Shown one piece after another: positions 59,536-64,000 of a stretch of DNA of 64,000 nucleotides. The stretch covers positions 1,120,001 through 1,184,000 of the forward strand of contig CAWIXE010000002.1 of NCBI GenBank assembly GCA_963840035.1, in the 5' to 3' direction. A model generated the notes under the pieces. The model worked only from the letters and a program-made list of their open reading frames with translations. It searched no databases and was not told the DNA's origin. Each line of letters begins with the position of its first letter. The first letter of the stretch is position 1. This DNA is from a candidate division FCPU426 bacterium (GTDB lineage: Bacteria > Oederibacteriota > PGYV01 > Palsa-1178). A program made the translations under genes and the position numbers.

Positions 59536-60606
59536 TTAAAACTTGCCGTGCCTTTCAAGCAAATCAACCATGGCGCGAAGTGATGACGACACCTCTCCGG
59601 GTTCCAGGTCCTGCACTATCTTTAATGAATAATCCTCCGAGAACAAAACCGCCGCAAGCCCCCCGGCGCGCCTCTTTTTGTCCTTTTTCATGGCCCCGGT
59701 TATCGTGTCCGCGTCAAACCACTGTTTTTCAAGTTTCACAGATACGAAATTAAGGCAAATCTTCTCTATACGTTCCTTAAGCGCCTCTCCGAGCATCTTT
59801 CTTCCGGCTGACACGCTGTTGGCCACCATGAGCCCGAGGTTTACCGCCTGCCCGTGCGGCACGGCATAACCGCTCACCGATTCAAACGCGTGGCCGAAAG
59901 TATGGGCGAAGTTAAGCAGGTTCCTGACGCCCCTGTCAAATTCGTCCTCTTCTATGAATTTTTTCTTGAACTCAAGGGAGCGCCCCACAAAAAAGGAAAG
60001 CGCCTCCGTGTCCCTTTTAAGGATCTTTTCCAGGTTCTGCTCGAGCAGCGGAAGGCCGTCCGCGGCGGACATAATGTTGAACTTGGCCACCTCGCCCATG
60101 CCGCTTAAGTAATCGTCCTCAGTCAGGGTCCTGACAAAGTCAAGCCAGATATATATTTTTTCAGGCGCGTAGAAAGTCCCAAGTATGTTCTTGAAAGAAA
60201 GGAAATTAAGCGACGTCTTCCCGCCTATGCAGCTGTCGCACTGTGCCAGCAGTGTCGTAGGGACGTATTCCCACTTAACCCCCCTGTTGTAAATGTTTGC
60301 GGCAAATCCTGTGACATCCTGCACTATCCCGCCGCCCACCGATATCATGGTGCCGTTCCTTTTGAACGACCTTTTTGCCATATCCGCGCACATTGCGAGG
60401 GCGGATTCTATGTTTTTATTGCTTTCAACCGCGTCAAAAAGCACGACGTCAGATTCAGCCGCGCCCTTAAAAAAGCTATCGCGGTACAGGGCGAAAACCT
60501 TCCTGTCCGCGACAACATACGTCTCTTTGCCTTCCGCGATTTCCCTCAGGCTTATGGGTCCGGTTATCCGCGTTTCATACGTTCCCATGTGAGATTTTAT
60601 AATCAT
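59536..60606 (-). CDS. 3-dehydroquinate synthase-like sugar-phosphate cyclase
   Basis: GGG.VQD, PTTLLAQ.DS.IGGKT, E.AK, LNF.HTFGHA.E, HG. Confidence 0.88.
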   Translation of the reverse strand: MIIKSHMGTYETRITGPISLREIAEGKETYVVADRKVFALYRDSFFKGAAESDVVLFDAVESNKNIESALAMCADMAKRSFKRNGTMISVGGGIVQDVTGFAANIYNRGVKWEYVPTTLLAQCDSCIGGKTSLNFLSFKNILGTFYAPEKIYIWLDFVRTLTEDDYLSGMGEVAKFNIMSAADGLPLLEQNLEKILKRDTEALSFFVGRSLEFKKKFIEEDEFDRGVRNLLNFAHTFGHAFESVSGYAVPHGQAVNLGLMVANSVSAGRKMLGEALKERIEKICLNFVSVKLEKQWFDADTITGAMKKDKKRRAGGLAAVLFSEDYSLKIVQDLEPGEVSSSLRAMVDLLERHGKF

Positions 60607-61268
60607 TTCGAGCAGAATCCCCCGTCAACCACGATCTTTTGGCCGGTAATATAAGTATTTTCATCCGACCCGAGGAAGTAAATAACGGAGGCAATTTCCT
60701 CCGGTTCCGCCATCCTTCCGGCGGGGATGTCCGCGCATATGCGGTCGATTTCCTGCTGTGTATTATTTTTTTTCGTCAGCTCGGTATTTGTAAAACCGGG
60801 GCATACGGTATTGACAAGTATCCCGTAACCCGCGAGCTCAATCGCGAGCGTATTTGTAACGCCGTGAAGCCCGTTCTTGGACGCGCTGTAAACAAGCCTG
60901 CCGGGCTTTGATACCACAGCCCATATGGACCCGACATTGACTATCCTTCCGTATTTATTTGACTTCATGGAAGCTGCGAATCCCCTTATGAGCTTTATGG
61001 GGCCAATCAGATTTATATTGAGGGTCCTTTGTATCTCCCCGTCCGTTATATCCTCAAGCAGTTTAATGTCATTTACGCCGGCGTTATTTATGACAGCGTC
61101 AAAATGTTTTGTCTTATGCTTCTCGATAAAACCGCTTATGGACGCGTCGCTGTTAAGGTCGAGTTCGGCCGATGACGGCGCCGTCACTTCATAACCCTTA
61201 TCCCTGTATAAAACCGCCACGGCTTTTCCTATGCCCCGGCTCCCTCCCGTAATCAGAACGCTTTTCAA
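60603..61268 (-). CDS. SDR family oxidoreductase (FabG-like)
   Basis: TGGSRGIG, NNAG, YSASK, CPGF. Confidence 0.9.
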   Translation of the reverse strand: MKSVLITGGSRGIGKAVAVLYRDKGYEVTAPSSAELDLNSDASISGFIEKHKTKHFDAVINNAGVNDIKLLEDITDGEIQRTLNINLIGPIKLIRGFAASMKSNKYGRIVNVGSIWAVVSKPGRLVYSASKNGLHGVTNTLAIELAGYGILVNTVCPGFTNTELTKKNNTQQEIDRICADIPAGRMAEPEEIASVIYFLGSDENTYITGQKIVVDGGFCSK

Positions 61269-61289
61269 AACCAGTCCCCTTTCGCGGCG

Positions 61290-62885
61290 TTATAAGTATG
61301 CCGTGGGTGTAATGAATTCCATTTTTATTACAGCGGATAATTCCTTCACTTTGGAGCGTATCAGCTCATTCCTGAGCATCACATTGTCGGCGCAGTAAAG
61401 ATATTTCATATAATCGTCGTAATAGTTCTCGGAATTCGTTTCGGTATATCCGTCAAACCCCGCTAGCATGACATTTTCAACCTTCATTTTTACCAGCATC
61501 TTAAGCATCATCAGCATGGGGTTGTCCCTGACAGCCTCTTCCTTCGAAATAAGCGAGTTAAAGTTAAATAAATAATCTATGGACTTATTCGCCTCGGAAA
61601 CATTCGATGTGCATACGACCTTTGCCGGCGGCGCCAGCTTCAGGACCTCGTCGAAGAACTGGCTGTAGCGCTTCGCGTTCCCGAAAAACAGGACATCGGG
61701 CCTGTATTTATCCGTGACAAAATTGACTGCAACCACAAGGGCTTTTTTATCCCTGATGCACGCGTCAATCCTGCCCTTATCCCTGATAATCGACCCGCCC
61801 GGCGCCAGCAGAAGGATGTTCCTGCCCTTAAGCTCCACAGCGAATTTTTCGTATGCTTCCGCGTCATCCACCTTAACATTCTGGTATTCCTCATACATCT
61901 TTTCTATCAGGTCCTTGTTGAAGGTAAGCCTGATCTTGGCGTCAATTTTCGGCAGTATCTCGTTTATCGATTTCACGGAGAGGGTCTTTTTGGCTATGAG
62001 CGTCTTTACAAAATCAGGGTGGCAGTCGTTTGAGGCGGCTATATAATGCATGAGCGAGTATCCCCAGTACTTTTTCTCGTACTCTTTCATGATATCCACG
62101 TCAATTGCTTCCAGCAGCTGGTTGGCGTCATATTTCGCGGCGCCATACCTGTTTAAATACATCGCTAAAAGTTCGCTGTTCGCGTTTCCCGCGCCTTTTC
62201 CCATGCCGTATAACGAGCCGTCAAGGATCAGGTTCCTTTCCGAGACATGTTCTATGAGCTCGACGCAGTTGGCGTAGGCAAGCTGGAAATTATTATGCGA
62301 ATGGTATCCGATATTTATGGACTTCTTGAGTTTCTTATCCATGAGTTCAAAATAGTGTACGAGCTGCTTTTTGTGCATGAGCCCGTAGGTATCCACCACC
62401 GATATGGTATATGGCTCGAGCGCATTCACGTCGTCAAGCAGCCCGGACATCTCATCATCGGAATAGCTTGTGACTGAAACCGGGTTGACCGATATCATGT
62501 ACCCTTTTGCCTTTAAAAGCGAACAGAATTGAAGGGCTTCCTTATATTCCTTTTTCTTGAATATTACCCTGATGCCGTCAATGCGGGTAGCGGACCGCGG
62601 TTCTATGGCTTCTATGCCGCATGTCCCGAAATCTATCATGGCGAATATCATCGAATTTTTCAGCCCGACATTTTCCATAAGCGGCCTGAAAGAAGTGGTA
62701 TCGGGCTGTATGGAACGGTTCGGGTCGAATTGGCGCCTCGAATCCAGGAAGCCTATCTCCACCATGTCAATCCCGGCCTTATCCAGCCTTCCGATGATGC
62801 TTTTCATGCTTCCCATGCCAAAATTCCAGTCGTTTACAAACCCGCCGTCGCGCAGCGTGCAGTCAAGAATGCTTATTTTTCTCAT
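61290..62885 (-). CDS. DRE-TIM (HMGL-like) aldolase-domain protein with C-terminal extension
   Basis: DCTLRDGG, VDTYG, GYHSHNN.QLA, GMGKGAGN; C-terminal LAGFDGY domain. Confidence 0.85.
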   Translation of the reverse strand: MRKISILDCTLRDGGFVNDWNFGMGSMKSIIGRLDKAGIDMVEIGFLDSRRQFDPNRSIQPDTTSFRPLMENVGLKNSMIFAMIDFGTCGIEAIEPRSATRIDGIRVIFKKKEYKEALQFCSLLKAKGYMISVNPVSVTSYSDDEMSGLLDDVNALEPYTISVVDTYGLMHKKQLVHYFELMDKKLKKSINIGYHSHNNFQLAYANCVELIEHVSERNLILDGSLYGMGKGAGNANSELLAMYLNRYGAAKYDANQLLEAIDVDIMKEYEKKYWGYSLMHYIAASNDCHPDFVKTLIAKKTLSVKSINEILPKIDAKIRLTFNKDLIEKMYEEYQNVKVDDAEAYEKFAVELKGRNILLLAPGGSIIRDKGRIDACIRDKKALVVAVNFVTDKYRPDVLFFGNAKRYSQFFDEVLKLAPPAKVVCTSNVSEANKSIDYLFNFNSLISKEEAVRDNPMLMMLKMLVKMKVENVMLAGFDGYTETNSENYYDDYMKYLYCADNVMLRNELIRSKVKELSAVIKMEFITPTAYL

Positions 62886-62929
62886 ATCCACCCCTGTTTA
62901 TGTTTGCGGTATCCTTAAAAAAATGCCCG

Positions 62930-64000
62930 TTATTTTTTCCCTGTCCTGATGCCTAATTTAGGCGCCACCACACCGAATGTTTCATTCATTTGTTCAGGTG
63001 TGACAATGTCCCCGCCAATTTTAAGCTCGTATATGCCGCCCTTAAAGCCGCCGTTTAATTCAGGCATCCTGAAGGGTTCTATAGCGGAGGATATTACCGC
63101 GTCAAGGTCAAAGAGCAGCTTATTATTTTCATAAAACGACACCTTCCCGTTGTCGTAGTTCATGACTATATAGGCCCACTTCCATGGCTCGAGATAAAAT
63201 TCCGGCGATTCCTTTAATTCCGTCCCGGAACCGCAGAATATCTTATAGTAGTTTTTCTTCTGGCTGGCCGCTATCCTGAATCCCGACAGGTCGCAGTTAT
63301 TCCCGATCATCTGGACATTCTTAAACTCGTCATCCGTTGGGATAACGACAGCCTGAACAGAAAACCTGCCCGCAGTTTTCAGGTATTTATTTGTGTTCCC
63401 TATGAAATTCGGCCCGGGTTTCCCTGTTTTATCGATCATGGTATATACAAGCCCTTTGCGCTGTTTTACATGCAGCAATGAGCCCGCGTTGTCAAAAAGA
63501 AGTTCCGGGACCTCGTTTTCAGGGTACTTTTCATACACTTCCACTAAGGTGCCGGGGAAAACTCCGTCCAGGGTGTACAGGCTGCTGAACTGCATCTGAA
63601 AATGGTTCACATATTCGCCGCCGTCAGTGCGGTCCCATATTATGGTTTTCCCGCCATTTCCGGGATCGCGCAGGTACTTTTTTACTATGTCTATGTATTT
63701 GCTTTCGTCAACACCAAACTCCCAGCTGCCGGGTATCTTAAGTGGGTTTACCGCGCCCGTATCGGCATAGATGCAGGCCTGATTGAATGAAATCACATAG
63801 ACCTGTTCCCCTTTTTTAAAATATGGCTTTAAAAACCTGTGATAGCTGTACCCCGTCCTGAACGCCGGCGTAAGTTTCGCAAAAAATCCCGAAGGCGAGG
63901 ATTTCATAAGGTGCTTGAAAAGGTTTGGGAGCGGGGCCGCGAAAAACACTATGATCAGGATGAACGAGAGCATCCTTCCCGGGATATATGTCTGGTCGCG
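62930..64000 (-). CDS. Membrane protein with LamG-like C-terminal domain, 5' end outside window
   Basis: Frame open to window edge; TM segment then W.YIVM.YD...V.FY.N...GGF.G.IYEL.I. Confidence 0.6.
   Translation of the reverse strand, partial: RDQTYIPGRMLSFILIIVFFAAPLPNLFKHLMKSSPSGFFAKLTPAFRTGYSYHRFLKPYFKKGEQVYVISFNQACIYADTGAVNPLKIPGSWEFGVDESKYIDIVKKYLRDPGNGGKTIIWDRTDGGEYVNHFQMQFSSLYTLDGVFPGTLVEVYEKYPENEVPELLFDNAGSLLHVKQRKGLVYTMIDKTGKPGPNFIGNTNKYLKTAGRFSVQAVVIPTDDEFKNVQMIGNNCDLSGFRIAASQKKNYYKIFCGSGTELKESPEFYLEPWKWAYIVMNYDNGKVSFYENNKLLFDLDAVISSAIEPFRMPELNGGFKGGIYELKIGGDIVTPEQMNETFGVVAPKLGIRTGKK

Noticed and set aside
59536..60606. Gene symbol aroB
   Set aside because: Family is clear, but the context is glycosylation rather than shikimate, so the substrate is uncertain

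Overview
Bacterial chromosomal window, mostly minus-strand genes, from a diderm and probably anaerobic organism. LptD and a GT9 heptosyltransferase occur alongside spoVG, a YvyF-like gene, an SMS-type Fe-S pair and a PorV-like/CTD pair, which suggests a poorly characterised lineage; no taxonomic call can be made from sequence alone. Bases 1-41 kb carry housekeeping genes: P-type ATPase, tRNA-Gln, spoVG-ispE, recG, lptD, PBP1A, radC, rph-rdgB, queD, murI, hom-thrC-apgM-lysC-cimA and sufC/sufB-like. Bases 41-64 kb are an envelope/glycosylation island: a PorV-like gene with a CTD protein, two radical SAM paralogues, three GT-C/PA14 membrane proteins, a GT2, an epimerase, a DHQS-like cyclase, an SDR and an aldolase. 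The most striking unexplained signal is non-coding. At least 11 intergenic elements are built from two inverted arms of short periodic repeats (7- or 9-mers, five sequence families) around unrelated spacers, and most fill the gap between a stop codon and the next ribosome-binding site. An 8-mer-periodic version is tandemly duplicated between tRNA-Gln and a four-helix-bundle (23S IVP/bAvd-like) gene, a candidate trans-acting partner. GTAG-type REP palindromes form a second repeat class. Four single-base frameshifts, three in homopolymer runs, are probably assembly errors. All product calls come from visual motif recognition, not database searches.
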